Positions 33,652 through 46,373 of a stretch of 53,805 nucleotides of DNA are shown one piece after another. The first letter of the stretch is position 1. Every line of letters starts with the position of its first letter. The notes beneath the pieces are model-generated. The model was given only the letters and a program-made list of their open reading frames with translations. It was not told where the DNA came from and did not search any database. This DNA comes from Acidobacteriota bacterium. GTDB taxonomy: Bacteria; Acidobacteriota; Thermoanaerobaculia; UBA5066; Gp7-AA6. The translations under genes and the position numbers were made by a program. The stretch spans positions 1 to 53,805 of the forward strand of contig JBKOVK010000039.1 in NCBI GenBank assembly GCA_046724475.1, read 5' to 3'.

Positions 33652-36600
33652 CTACTCGACGACCTGGGGACCCCCCGTTCGGGAGAGTGCGACGGCCGTG
33701 CCCTCGGATTCGACCAGCGGCTTCTCCCACCAGTCGCCGTTGCGGCTTCCGATCTCGGCGTAGAGGCCGGCCGGGAGCACGCCGACCGAGCGGTTTCGGC
33801 CGGATTGCTTGGCCAGGTACATCGCCCGGTCGGCGAGCTTCAGGACTTCGGTGAACGCGAAGGTGCGCGTCGAGTCGGGGTACCAGGGGAACGGCGCCCA
33901 GCCGACCGAGCACGTGCGCCGCACCTTGTGGCCCGCCCCGAGGTCGAAGGGCACCGATCCGACGGACTGCATCACGCGGCCCGCGAGGACGTCTCCGCGA
34001 GTGCGGTCCGCGTCGCGCGAGATCAGCAGAAACTCCTCGCCTCCCCAGCGGATCAGCCGGTCCGAGTCGCGCACGACGTGGGTGAGGCGGCGCGCGACCT
34101 CGGCGAGCACGCCGTCTCCCCGGTCGTGGCCGTACTCGTCGTTGATCTCTTTGAAGTGGTCGATGTCGACGATGTAGAAGATCAGGTCGCAGTTCTTGGG
34201 ACGGTTGCGCGCCGGAGTCGAATGGACCCGCAGCGTGCGGTTGACGTCGTCCTCGATCACCGTCGAGAAGAACCGCCGGTTGCGCGCACCGGTCAGGGCG
34301 TCGGTGAACGAAGCCTCGCGCAGCTCCCGGTTCGCGGCGGCGAGCTCGGCGCTGCGCGCGGCCACGGCTTCCTCCAGACGCGTCCTCTCCGCCTCGAGAT
34401 GGCGCGTTCTCCAGCGAACGACCGCGGCCAGGATGGCCGCCGCCAGCAGGGCCGCGAGCAACCGCGCCCAGACGGTCTCCCACCAGGCGGGCCGGACCTC
34501 GAAGGAAAAGGTCGCCGGACGTGTCGAGACCTTGCCCGCCGCCGAAACGGCCTGCACTTCGAAGCGATACTTGCCGCTCGGCAGCGCCGGAAACCGGGCC
34601 TGCGTCTGGTCCGTCTCGGTGAATGTGCCTCCGAGACCGCTCATGCGATACCGAAAGCGCACCTTGCGCGGCTCGATGAAGGTCAGCCCCGCCCACTCCA
34701 CGCTCACGTCGCCTTCCCCGGGCTTCAAGACCGCGGGGGCGTTGGGATTCAGCGGACGGTCCGCCGCGGAGACGCGCGTGAGGATCACGGACGGCGCCGG
34801 CGGCGCAATCGCGGGCGTGCCCGGCTCGTACCGAATCAGGCCGCGGCTCGAGCCCAGCCACACGGTTCCGTCGGTCTCGGCAAGGAACGCGTTCTGGTCG
34901 AGGTCTTCGCTGATCATGCCGTCGGCTCTTCCGTACTGGGCGGCGAGGCTCCAGCCCGCGCCGAAGACGTCCGCGCCGGTGCCGGTTCCGATCCAGAGGC
35001 TGCCGGAAGCGTCGCGCCCCACGAGCACCACCTTGTTCGACACGAGTCCGGTTTCGACTCCCATGGGCCGCACCGCGATCCGGTCGTCCTGGACGATGAG
35101 CCGGGCTGCACCGATGGACTCGCGATACGCGAGCACGATGCTCCCGTCCGACGCGATGGCGATCGAGGACACGAAGTCCTCGCGCAGCCCCTCGCGTCGC
35201 GTGAAGCGGCGGGCGCTAGGTCCGGTCAACCGGAGGAGGCCCTGCTTGCTGGCGGCGTACAGCGTGCCCGACGGGTCTTCGGCGAACCCGCGCACGCCGT
35301 CCGGCTTCTCGCGTCCGACGCTGACGCGCTCGAGCCGCGTCGCACCGGCTCCGGGGAGGCGATACAGCCCTTCGACGGCGCCGACCCAGACCTCTCCGCC
35401 CGGCCGGACGTCAATCGCTCCGACGCGAAGCTGCTCGGAGGGCGTGTCCTCCGCGGTGTAGCGGCGCGCGCTCCCGTCCGGCATCAGGCGCGTGACCCCT
35501 CCGGGCCAGGCCCCCGTCCAGACACTTCCGTCTTCTCCGGCGGCGAGCGCGGTGACCGTGTTGCCGCCGAGCCCATCCCGCGTGGTGTAGATGCGGATGT
35601 TTCCCGTCGTGGGGTCGATGCGGTTGAGACCTCGTTCGGTACCGACCCAGAGGGCGCCCGCCTTGCCGGTCTGGCGGCAGATGGACCAGATCACTTCGTG
35701 CGACAGGCCGTCGGCCGTGGTCCAGTTGGAGAACTCTCCGCGGCCCAGCCGTTGCGCGACGCCGCCGCCCAGCAGCCCGATCCACAGTGAGCCCTCCCGG
35801 TCCACCAGCGCCGCGAGGGCGGCGTCGGCGGCGAGGCCCTCGCGCCGGCTGATCAGTCTCCAGGCGACCCCGTCGCGGTAGGCCAGCCCCTGGACCGTCG
35901 GCACGAGCAGCTCTCCCCGGTCGTCGAATGCCAGCCGGCCGTATTCGCTGGCCTCGGGGAGCCCTTCGTCGGCGCGTTCGAAGCGAAGAGCGCCTTTCCC
36001 GAGCACGTAGAGCCGCTGGAGCGTGCGGACCCACAGGCGCCCCGCGGGATCCGTCTTCACTTCGTCGATCGTCTCCTCGCGCGGCAGCCCGCGGGCGGTT
36101 CCGAAGTCCACGACCCGCCCGAACTCCTCGCGGTACAGCACGCCCCCGCGCGCGAAGAACAGCGCTCCCGACGCATCGACGTGGACGCCGCCAACCGCGC
36201 CTCCCCCCAGCGCCGCCGCCTCGGGATCCGGCGCGAAGCGATCATTGCGTCCGACGAAGAGTCCGCGCTCGGTGCCGACGTAGAGAGTCCCCCGGGCATC
36301 CGAGTCGATTCCCTGGTGGCTGATGGCGAGCGCGCCGAGGCCGGCGACCTCGTCGAGCACCGCGAACCCGTCGCCGCTGCGGCGCGCGAGGCCCGAAGAC
36401 GTTCCGACGTAGAGACGCCCATCGGACGTCTCGTGGAGCTGGTAGATGCGCGCCCGGGGCAGGCCCTGGTCGCGGCTGAACTTCACGAACCACCGGCCGT
36501 CGAAGCGAAAGAGACCGTCGTCGGTGCCCGCCCAGAGAAAGCCGTCCTTGTCCTGGAGCACGCACTCCACCGAGGTGTCGAGCAGCCCCTCGTCCTGGGC

Positions 36601-36768
36601 GTAGTTGCGGAACATGAATCGACCCAGAAACGCCGGAGGATGCGGCGACGCCGGCTCTCTCTCCGCGCCGCGGGCCGCACCGGCCGCCGCGAGGACCACT
36701 GCGAGACACGCCCGGAGCCGTCGCAGTCCGAGCGCGTTCGGGGCTCGCCGTTTCTCGGCTGCTCTCAC
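33652..36768 (-). CDS. Periplasmic propeller-sensor (two-component regulator propeller / Y_Y_Y type) diguanylate cyclase
   Basis: 1038 aa. A signal peptide is followed by many GLxxxxVxxIxxDxxGxLWIGT-type propeller repeats, a TM helix, a coiled coil and a GGDEF domain with an intact GGEEF site. The start is GTG, with GGAGG 4 nt upstream. Confidence 0.85.
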   Translation of the reverse strand: MRAAEKRRAPNALGLRRLRACLAVVLAAAGAARGAEREPASPHPPAFLGRFMFRNYAQDEGLLDTSVECVLQDKDGFLWAGTDDGLFRFDGRWFVKFSRDQGLPRARIYQLHETSDGRLYVGTSSGLARRSGDGFAVLDEVAGLGALAISHQGIDSDARGTLYVGTERGLFVGRNDRFAPDPEAAALGGGAVGGVHVDASGALFFARGGVLYREEFGRVVDFGTARGLPREETIDEVKTDPAGRLWVRTLQRLYVLGKGALRFERADEGLPEASEYGRLAFDDRGELLVPTVQGLAYRDGVAWRLISRREGLAADAALAALVDREGSLWIGLLGGGVAQRLGRGEFSNWTTADGLSHEVIWSICRQTGKAGALWVGTERGLNRIDPTTGNIRIYTTRDGLGGNTVTALAAGEDGSVWTGAWPGGVTRLMPDGSARRYTAEDTPSEQLRVGAIDVRPGGEVWVGAVEGLYRLPGAGATRLERVSVGREKPDGVRGFAEDPSGTLYAASKQGLLRLTGPSARRFTRREGLREDFVSSIAIASDGSIVLAYRESIGAARLIVQDDRIAVRPMGVETGLVSNKVVLVGRDASGSLWIGTGTGADVFGAGWSLAAQYGRADGMISEDLDQNAFLAETDGTVWLGSSRGLIRYEPGTPAIAPPAPSVILTRVSAADRPLNPNAPAVLKPGEGDVSVEWAGLTFIEPRKVRFRYRMSGLGGTFTETDQTQARFPALPSGKYRFEVQAVSAAGKVSTRPATFSFEVRPAWWETVWARLLAALLAAAILAAVVRWRTRHLEAERTRLEEAVAARSAELAAANRELREASFTDALTGARNRRFFSTVIEDDVNRTLRVHSTPARNRPKNCDLIFYIVDIDHFKEINDEYGHDRGDGVLAEVARRLTHVVRDSDRLIRWGGEEFLLISRDADRTRGDVLAGRVMQSVGSVPFDLGAGHKVRRTCSVGWAPFPWYPDSTRTFAFTEVLKLADRAMYLAKQSGRNRSVGVLPAGLYAEIGSRNGDWWEKPLVESEGTAVALSRTGGPQVVE

Positions 36769-36789
36769 GGGCCTCCGAAATGGGTTCGA

Positions 36790-39699
<2,910 letters not shown>

Positions 39700-39730
39700 A
39701 CCTGCGAATCTACCAGAACGGCAGTGCCAA

Positions 39731-39790
39731 GTCTCAGGTCCCAGGTCTCAGGAAGGCCCGCTCGAGGCCTGAGACTTGAAACCTGAAACC
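39731..39790 (-). repeat. Repeat-rich 3' end of the PBP1A gene with alternative hairpin arms
   Basis: GTCTCAGG occurs at 39731-39738 and 39745-39752, both complementary to CCTGAGAC at 39768-39775. TGAAACC occurs in tandem at 39777-39783 and 39784-39790. The PBP stop codon (39748-39750) lies inside one arm. Confidence 0.6.
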
Positions 39791-42111
39791 ATTCCTCCCC
39801 CGCCATGCTCCGGACACGCCATCGTTGGCGCGGTGCCGTCGATGAAGACCTCCCGCATCGTCTTCGGGCAGCCCGGCGCGGCGAGAAAGCCGGTGTCCGG
39901 ATCGATCTCGGCCGTCACGATGTCGGAGGGAACCGGAAAGCCTTCGGCGAACAGCTGCGACGGCACCGATCGGACGAAGTCGGAGAAGAGCGGCACGGCG
40001 GCCTGCGTGCCCGAGAGGTTCAGACCGCGGTTGTCGTCGTAGCCGACCCAGACGGCGGCCAGGAATCGCGGCGAAAACCCGACGAACCAGGCGTCCCGCC
40101 CGTCGTTGGTCGTGCCCGTCTTCCCCGCCAGGACCCCGGTGAACCCTTTCGGCCTCGCCGTAGCGCCGGTGCCGCGCTCGACGGCGCCGCGCAAGACCGA
40201 GTCGACCAGGAAGACGGAGTCCGCCGGCAGCGACGGAAGAAGCTCCGATGCCTTCCGGTCGAGCACGGTTCCGTCGCCCGTCATCACGCCAACGATCGCG
40301 TAAGGAGCCACCCGCACGCCGCTGTTGGCGAGGGCCGCGTAGGCGCCGGCGACTTCCATCGGCGACAGCTCGAACGCCCCGAGGGCCACGGAGGGATAAC
40401 CCCGCAGGCGCGACGCGATCCCGGCCGAGCGCGCCGCTCCGAGGACGTAGGGTAGTCCCGCCATCAGCGACACGCGGACCGTGGGAATGTTGATCGACTT
40501 CTCGAGGGCTTGCCGCGCGGTCATCCGACCCCGGTACTCTCCGTCGTAGTTGCGCGGCGTCCACTGCTCCTCTTCCGTGCGCGTGCCCCATTCCACGGTG
40601 ATCGGCGTGTCCTGGAGGATCGTGGCGGGTGTCACCGGCGGATCGAGGTCGCGGCGCGCGAACGCGGCCAGGTAGACGAACGGCTTGAAGAGGCTGCCGG
40701 GCTGGCGGCGGGCCTGCGTCACGCGGTTGAACTGCGACAGCTGATAGTCCCGCCCCCCGACCAGAGCGCGGACGGCTCCGGTCTGCGGCTCCAGCACGAT
40801 CAGGGCGCCCTGGAGCGGCGCCTTCGCCGACGCGGAGGCCAGCCGACGATACGTCTTCTCCAGGTTCTCGAGTCCCTGAGTGACGGCGCGCTGACCGGCC
40901 TGCTGGAGATCCACGTCGAGCGTCGTGTAGATCTGGAGGCCTTCCGTCTGGAGCTGCGCGCCGTAGCGTTCCGCCAGCTCACCCTTGACGAAGTCCACGA
41001 AATGCGGTGCCTTCGTGCGCTCCTCGACGCGGGTCCGCGCGGTGACCGGTTCCTCCAGCGCGGCCTTCAGCGCCGCATCGTCGATCCTTCCTTCCTCGCG
41101 CATCATGCGGAGCACCAGGTTGCGCCGCTCACGAGTGCGGTCGGGGCTGCGGAACGGCGAGTACGTGTTGGGAGCGCGGATCATCCCCGCGATCGTCGCC
41201 GCTTCCGCCAGGTCCAGGTCGCCGACCTCCTTGCCGAAGTAGTAGCGCGAGGCCTCGCCCACTCCCGTGATCCCGACTCCTCCCCGCCGACCGAGATAGA
41301 TTTCGTTCAGATACGCCTCGAGGATCTCGTCCTTGGAGTAGCGGGCGTCCAGGACCACCGCCATCACGGCTTCGAGCGCCTTGCGCCGGACGGTGCGCTC
41401 CGGCGTCAGATACAGGTTCTTGACGAGCTGCTGGGTCAAAGTCGAGCCGCCCTGCTTCATCCCGCCGCGCATCGTGGCGACCGCCGCGCCGAAGAGCCGA
41501 CGGACCGAGATTCCGCCGTGGCGGTAGAAGTCGCGGTCTTCCGTGACCAGGACCGCGTCCACGAGCGCGCGCGGCGCGTCGGCGAGGCGGATGATGGTGC
41601 GATCCTCCAGCTCCGCCGAGAAAACCGAGCCCAGCAGCTCGGGCTCGAGAATCAGCGCCGGGACGCTCTCACCCGAGGGGTCCGTGACCGCCTTGACGCG
41701 CCCGCCCGCGAAGGTCAACTTCGCCGCGATCCCCGGAAAGGAGCGGCCCGGGTAGCGGAACGCGCGCGTCTGGATCACGAGGCCGTCCTTGACGAGCGTG
41801 AAATGTCCCGGACGCTCGGGCGGACCGGGCACCTCGCGGTAGTAGAGACGTCCGAGTTTTGCGACCAGCCCCGCCTGCGTGGCCGCGTCGCCGGGACGCA
41901 GCACGTAAAGATCCGAGTAGATACGCGACGGCAGATTCCAGCGACGCCCCTCGAAGCGCTGCGCTACCCGCGTCGTGAAGTGCGCGAGCACGAGAACGCC
42001 CGACAGCAGCAGCCCGCCGAACACCAGGAGGATCGGCCGGCGATGGCGGTACACCCACAGGGGCAGCGAGACCAGGCGCCCCTGCGCAACGTTTGTGTCC
42101 GTCTCGCTCAT
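39748..42111 (-). CDS. Bifunctional class A penicillin-binding protein (PBP1A family)
   Basis: It has an N-terminal TM helix and GT51 motifs [10 protein letters not shown] and GGSTLTQQ. The transpeptidase motifs SLFK (SxxK), SIN (SxN) and KTGTT are present. Confidence 0.9.
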   Translation of the reverse strand: MSETDTNVAQGRLVSLPLWVYRHRRPILLVFGGLLLSGVLVLAHFTTRVAQRFEGRRWNLPSRIYSDLYVLRPGDAATQAGLVAKLGRLYYREVPGPPERPGHFTLVKDGLVIQTRAFRYPGRSFPGIAAKLTFAGGRVKAVTDPSGESVPALILEPELLGSVFSAELEDRTIIRLADAPRALVDAVLVTEDRDFYRHGGISVRRLFGAAVATMRGGMKQGGSTLTQQLVKNLYLTPERTVRRKALEAVMAVVLDARYSKDEILEAYLNEIYLGRRGGVGITGVGEASRYYFGKEVGDLDLAEAATIAGMIRAPNTYSPFRSPDRTRERRNLVLRMMREEGRIDDAALKAALEEPVTARTRVEERTKAPHFVDFVKGELAERYGAQLQTEGLQIYTTLDVDLQQAGQRAVTQGLENLEKTYRRLASASAKAPLQGALIVLEPQTGAVRALVGGRDYQLSQFNRVTQARRQPGSLFKPFVYLAAFARRDLDPPVTPATILQDTPITVEWGTRTEEEQWTPRNYDGEYRGRMTARQALEKSINIPTVRVSLMAGLPYVLGAARSAGIASRLRGYPSVALGAFELSPMEVAGAYAALANSGVRVAPYAIVGVMTGDGTVLDRKASELLPSLPADSVFLVDSVLRGAVERGTGATARPKGFTGVLAGKTGTTNDGRDAWFVGFSPRFLAAVWVGYDDNRGLNLSGTQAAVPLFSDFVRSVPSQLFAEGFPVPSDIVTAEIDPDTGFLAAPGCPKTMREVFIDGTAPTMACPEHGGGGMVSGFKSQASSGPS

Positions 42112-42120
42112 CCGTCGCCG

Positions 42121-42138
42121 AGCATAACGTCATAACAT
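42121..42138. promoter_or_regulatory. Divergent -10-like elements between PBP1A and the O-antigen-ligase-like gene
   Basis: TATGCT on the minus strand (42126-42121) lies 9 nt from ATG 42111. TAACAT (42133-42138) lies 9 nt from GTG 42148. CATAAC occurs twice (42123-42128 and 42131-42136). Confidence 0.35.
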
Positions 42139-42147
42139 CCGCCCCGC

Positions 42148-43494
42148 GTGGCCAAGAAGAAACCGGCGAGAAAGCCTCCGGCTCGGCCCGCGCCCTCGGC
42201 GGATCCGGGAACCATCGTCGCGGTCGCCGCGCTGTGCGCCGCACTTGCCGGCGCGTCTCTCGCAGTGGACACGATCGCGGCCTCCGCGTTCGACGCGCCC
42301 AAACGGTTGATCGCGCTTTCGGGCACGGCTCTCGCCGTCCTGGCCGTGTTCGCCTCCAAACGGCGAGGTCCGGGTCTTCGCGAGCTCCTCCGTGAGGGTC
42401 CTTCGGCACGCCGCGCGGCCCTGTGGCTCGGCGTGGCCGCTCTCGTGGGCGCCTGGATCTCCGCCTTCGTGTCGCCGCGACGCGCCATCGCGATCGATAC
42501 GATGCGCGCGGCGACGCTCCTCGCCGCTCTGGCGCCGCTCGGCGCCTCCCGCGCCGTCGCCCGCGGCCGCGGCTGGCTCGCCGGGACCTTTCTCGGAGCG
42601 TGCGCGATCAACGCGGCGGTGGCGATCCTCCAGAGCCGGGGACTCTATTCGCCCTTCGCGCTCCAGACCTTCGGCTCGCGTCAGGAGACGGGCGCCTTCG
42701 CCGGCAACGTCGGCTACCTCGCGATCGCGCTGGCGCTGGCGAGCGTGCTGGCTCTGAGCCTGGTGCTGACGGCGAAGAACCCGATCGTCCGCCGTCTCTC
42801 AGTGGCGGCGCTGGTCCTGTACGCAGGAGGCCTGCTCGTCAATCAGAACCTGACCGCGCTGATGGCGCTTCTGGCAGGTTCGGCGACGCTTCTCATCCTG
42901 CGGTTCCGCCGGCGCGCCGTCGTGCCCGTGGCCACGGCCGTCGCCGCGGTGGTCCTCGCGATCGCGGTCTACGCTCCGCTTCGCCAGCGCGCGGTGGAGC
43001 TGACGCGGGCTGTCCAGAGCGGAAACTGGGACGCGCTCGTGTCGTTTCGAGGAGGTCCCTGGGCCGCGGCGATCGAGATGACGCGGGAGCGTCCGCTCAC
43101 CGGGTTCGGACCCGGGACGTTCGGAGCCGAATACATCCCCCACCGACTCGCCGCCGAGGTCCGCTTGCACCGCCGGCTGATCAGCCCGTTGACGACGACC
43201 TCGTATGCCGAGGCCCACAGCGACTATCTCCAGGCTTTCAGTGACGCCGGGCTCGTCACGGGCGGTCTCGCCATTGCCGCCGCGGCCGGCCTGCTCGCCG
43301 CGGTCCTGCGCGCGGCCTGGCTCCGGCGCGAGTCCGAGGCGATTCTGCTCGCCGCCGTCCTCGTCGCCGGCGCGGCCGCCGCGCTGACGTGGTTCCCCTT
43401 CCAGCGACCGATCACGGCCGCGCCTCTCCTTCTGGCGGCCGGGCGCGCGTGGAGGATTTCCGCCGATCCCGCGACCGGCGAGGAGGAAGCGTGA
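42148..43494 (+). CDS. O-antigen ligase (Wzy_C) family membrane protein
   Basis: 448 aa with about 10 TM helices and a periplasmic loop containing PLTGFGPGTF...AHSDYLQAFSDAG, as in Wzy_C/O-antigen ligase-like proteins. The start is GTG. Confidence 0.7.
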   Translation: MAKKKPARKPPARPAPSADPGTIVAVAALCAALAGASLAVDTIAASAFDAPKRLIALSGTALAVLAVFASKRRGPGLRELLREGPSARRAALWLGVAALVGAWISAFVSPRRAIAIDTMRAATLLAALAPLGASRAVARGRGWLAGTFLGACAINAAVAILQSRGLYSPFALQTFGSRQETGAFAGNVGYLAIALALASVLALSLVLTAKNPIVRRLSVAALVLYAGGLLVNQNLTALMALLAGSATLLILRFRRRAVVPVATAVAAVVLAIAVYAPLRQRAVELTRAVQSGNWDALVSFRGGPWAAAIEMTRERPLTGFGPGTFGAEYIPHRLAAEVRLHRRLISPLTTTSYAEAHSDYLQAFSDAGLVTGGLAIAAAAGLLAAVLRAAWLRRESEAILLAAVLVAGAAAALTWFPFQRPITAAPLLLAAGRAWRISADPATGEEEA

Positions 43495-44024
43495 AGGCGC
43501 TTCGAGCCGCCGCTCTCGTCGCCGTGATCGCGCTGGCACTGTGGCCGGAGTTCTCCCGCTATGCCGCGGAGAGACGGGTCGGCTTCGCCACGGCGGCATT
43601 CAAGAGCCTCCTCGATGGCACGTCGGACTCTCGGGTCCGCGCGGAGCTGCTCGCCCTTGGCGAGATGGCGGCGCGCGAAGCCTCGCGCCTCCCGGGCGAT
43701 CCCCGCCCGTGGATCCTGTGCGGCTCGGCCTATCTCGTCAACGGCCAGCCGCAGCGCGCCGTCGAGTACTACCGGGAAGCCATGGGAACGGGCGAGCGCG
43801 CCGAAATCGACCTGAACCTCGGTCGCGCCTACACGCTGGTGAGCCGCAAGCCGAGCGCCGACGCCGCGTTCGTGCGCGCCGGATGGATCAGCCCCGAGAT
43901 CCTGTCCTCGCTGTCCCCCTCCGTGGCGGATCCCGTGCGGGAAGAGATCTCGAAATACGCGCACGCGATGGCCGAAGGAAGACTGACCGAACCTCCCCCG
44001 CTGCCGGAAGAAGAGAGGCGCTAG
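43491..44024 (+). CDS. Hypothetical membrane-anchored TPR-like protein
   Basis: The GTG overlaps the upstream stop (GTGA). It has an N-terminal TM helix (LRAAALVAVIALALW) and one clear TPR-like unit (GSAYLVNGQPQRAVEYYREAM). Confidence 0.55.
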   Translation: MKALRAAALVAVIALALWPEFSRYAAERRVGFATAAFKSLLDGTSDSRVRAELLALGEMAAREASRLPGDPRPWILCGSAYLVNGQPQRAVEYYREAMGTGERAEIDLNLGRAYTLVSRKPSADAAFVRAGWISPEILSSLSPSVADPVREEISKYAHAMAEGRLTEPPPLPEEERR

Positions 44025-44051
44025 GAGTCGTCTCTCGACAGGGTTCTTCAG

Positions 44052-44206
44052 GAGTCCGCGGCGCCGACGGCGGGAGGTGATGTCCGGAGGCCCACACCGA
44101 AAAGTCCAATGGCGACGAGGCGACTGGGCCTACGGACTCAGCGCCGGCCGGAAAGACGTCATGGAGGCCAGCCGGCGCGTGCCGACCGCGGCGGCGCCGC
44201 GGACTC
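44052..44206. other. Nested multi-hairpin element in a 209-nt convergent intergenic gap (candidate structured RNA or palindromic repeat unit)
   Basis: The outer arms form a 14-bp perfect inverted repeat, GAGTCCGCGGCGCC (44052-44065) and GGCGCCGCGGACTC (44193-44206), plus one more G-C pair. Inner hairpin 1 pairs 44082-44093 with 44126-44137 (11 bp, one G-A mismatch). Inner hairpin 2 pairs 44141-44151 with 44168-44178 (8 perfect bp plus 2). Confidence 0.6.
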
Positions 44207-44233
44207 AGTGAACAACGTTCGGAGAACCGACCG

Positions 44234-45013
44234 CTAGGACGCCGCGGGCGCGGGCAAGGGCTTGCGGAAGATCCGGCTGGACCAGATCCCCCAGGCGTGG
44301 AGCTTGTAGAGGAGCATCGTCTTGAGGATCGCCAGCCCGTAGCGGACCGAGGGACCGAACGCGATCTGCGACGCCTCGTCGAAGTAGCGCGTCTCGATCG
44401 GAATCTCGCAGATCCGCAATCCCCGCGCCATCCCCTGCGCGATGATCTCGGTGTCGAACACGAATCCGTCGGAGTTGGCCTCCAGATCCACGGACTCCAG
44501 GTACCGTCGCGTGTACGCACGAAAGCCGCTGTGGTACTCCGTCAGGTAGATCAGGAAAGTCGCGTTCTCGATCGCGGTCAGGAGGATGTTGCCGAGGTAC
44601 TTCCACTTCGGCATGCCTCCCTGGATCGGTCGGCCTCCGAGCATGCGGCTACCGAAGGCGGCGTCGAAGTTTCCGTTCTCGAGAGCCTCCAGCAGGTGCG
44701 GGATGACGGTGGGATCGTACTGGTGGTCGGGGTGCACCATGACGACGACGTCGGCCCCGCGCTCCAGGGCCGTCCGGTAGCACGTTTTCTGGTTTCCGCC
44801 GTACCCCCGGTTCTTCGCGTGGACGACGACGTGGATGCCGAGGCGGCGCGCGATCTCGACCGTCCGGTCGCGAGAGCCGTCGTCGACCAGAATGACGTCG
44901 TCGACGTGCGTTTTCGGCACGTCGGCGTACGTCCGCTCCAGCGTCTGCTCGGCGTTGTATGCCGGCATGACGACGGCCACTTTCCGCCGGGACCGCTTCG
45001 GCTCAGACGCCAC
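44234..45013 (-). CDS. GT2 glycosyltransferase, polyprenol-phosphate sugar synthase-like (DPM1/GtrB/CsbB type)
   Basis: It has VVMPAYNAEQTL, LVDDGSRDRT, the NRGYGGN motif, the DxD-like VHPDHQYDP and GSRM. Confidence 0.85.
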   Translation of the reverse strand: MASEPKRSRRKVAVVMPAYNAEQTLERTYADVPKTHVDDVILVDDGSRDRTVEIARRLGIHVVVHAKNRGYGGNQKTCYRTALERGADVVVMVHPDHQYDPTVIPHLLEALENGNFDAAFGSRMLGGRPIQGGMPKWKYLGNILLTAIENATFLIYLTEYHSGFRAYTRRYLESVDLEANSDGFVFDTEIIAQGMARGLRICEIPIETRYFDEASQIAFGPSVRYGLAILKTMLLYKLHAWGIWSSRIFRKPLPAPAAS

Positions 45014-46373
45014 GGCGGGTCAGGACGACGGGAAGCGTGCGCAGAAGAATTGCCAGGTCGAGGCCGAACGACCAGTTGTTCAAGTACGCCAGATCGTAAC
45101 GCAACTTGATTTCCGGCTCCGTCGAGTACTCGCCCGAGATCTGTGCCAGGCCTGTCAGGCCGGGGCGCGCCGCGTGCCGCAGCGCGTAGCCGGGTACGGT
45201 CGTCACGAGCCTCTCCGCGAATTCGGGCCGCTCCGGGCGCGGCCCCACCAGGCTCATGTCGCCGCGCAGCACGTTCCAGAGCTGCGGGATCTCGTCGATA
45301 CGCGCGGCGCGCAGGCTTCGCCCGATCGCCGTCACGCGCGGGTCGTCCGGAGTCGCGAGCACGGCGCCGGTTTCGATCTCGGCGCCCTGACGCATCGTCC
45401 GCAGCTTCCAGAGCTCGAAAGGCCGCCCGTCGCGGCCGACGCGTTTCTGGCGATAGAAGACTCCTCCCGGAGAGGTCACCGCGACGAGCGCCGCGGCGAG
45501 GAGCAGCCCCGGCAGGAGCAGGACCAGCGCCACTGCGGAGACGGCGGCGTCGAAAGTGCGCTTGGCGAGCGCGCCCGCGCCCTCGAGAGGCCGGACGCGC
45601 GCCTCCAGGAGCGGCAGATCGCCGACGATGCGGAATCGCAGCCGACCGATCAAAGTCTCGAAGGGAGACGGCCAGACGAGGAGGTCCGCCGGAAATCCTT
45701 CCGGGATGCGCTCGGGAAGGCGGTCGCGCCAGGAGGGCGCCTCGGGCGTCAGGATGACCTCGTCGATCGCGTGCTCGTCGACGACCTGCGCGAGCTTTTC
45801 CGGAGAACCCAGATCCGGAAGGCCGTGCGCGCCGTCGGTTCCGCCGCCCAGCACGCCCACCAGCTCCACTCCGGTCCAGGGGTGCCGGCGAATGGTGTCC
45901 GCGATCAGGCCCGCCGCCGGACCGCGGCCCACGATGACGGCGCGGCGCCGAGGCCTCGGAAAGAGTCGGTCGAGCGACTCCCTCCAGGCCGCCAGCAGCG
46001 CGCCGTTGACGACGAGGTAGACGACGAGTACGGAGCGGGGAAACGAGTACGGCTGCGCCAGGAAGTAGATCGCCGCCAGAGTCACGAGCTCCACGGACAG
46101 CGCCGGCAGCAGAAGGCGCAGCAGAGGCTCGCGGAAGCGCTCATGGTCCCGGTACAGACCCAGCAACGACATCGAGAAGACCTGCACCGCCGCCACGATC
46201 AGGATGTTCCACAGCGTGAACCGCACGCTCTCCGCGGGCAGCAGCTTTACCGTTCCGGGAATCGAGACGTGGGCGCGCAGAAAGAACGCGGCGTAGAGCG
46301 ATCCGACGGCGATCGCGACGTCCCCGACGACCGCCACCGCCCGGAAGGAGGATGCGCGGCGGGCCGCCGTCAT
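45003..46373 (-). CDS. Polyprenyl-phosphate glycosyl-1-phosphate (priming) sugar transferase
   Basis: It has N-terminal TM helices and a C-terminal bacterial sugar transferase domain (KRTFDAAVSAVALVLL, LWKLRTM, DEIPQLWNVLRGDMSLVGPRP, PGLTGLAQI). The ATG at 46373 overlaps the upstream stop. Confidence 0.85.
   Translation of the reverse strand: MTAARRASSFRAVAVVGDVAIAVGSLYAAFFLRAHVSIPGTVKLLPAESVRFTLWNILIVAAVQVFSMSLLGLYRDHERFREPLLRLLLPALSVELVTLAAIYFLAQPYSFPRSVLVVYLVVNGALLAAWRESLDRLFPRPRRRAVIVGRGPAAGLIADTIRRHPWTGVELVGVLGGGTDGAHGLPDLGSPEKLAQVVDEHAIDEVILTPEAPSWRDRLPERIPEGFPADLLVWPSPFETLIGRLRFRIVGDLPLLEARVRPLEGAGALAKRTFDAAVSAVALVLLLPGLLLAAALVAVTSPGGVFYRQKRVGRDGRPFELWKLRTMRQGAEIETGAVLATPDDPRVTAIGRSLRAARIDEIPQLWNVLRGDMSLVGPRPERPEFAERLVTTVPGYALRHAARPGLTGLAQISGEYSTEPEIKLRYDLAYLNNWSFGLDLAILLRTLPVVLTRRGV

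Noticed and set aside
44080-44211. A small 43-codon ORF (MSGGPHRKVQWRRGDWAYGLSAGRKDVMEASRRVPTAAAPRTQ) inside the structured intergenic element.
   Set aside because: The GGAGG-like sequence lies only 2 nt from the ATG. The composition is shadow-like (Arg/Gly/Ala rich) and no motif is evident. The nested base-pairing explains the region better than coding does.
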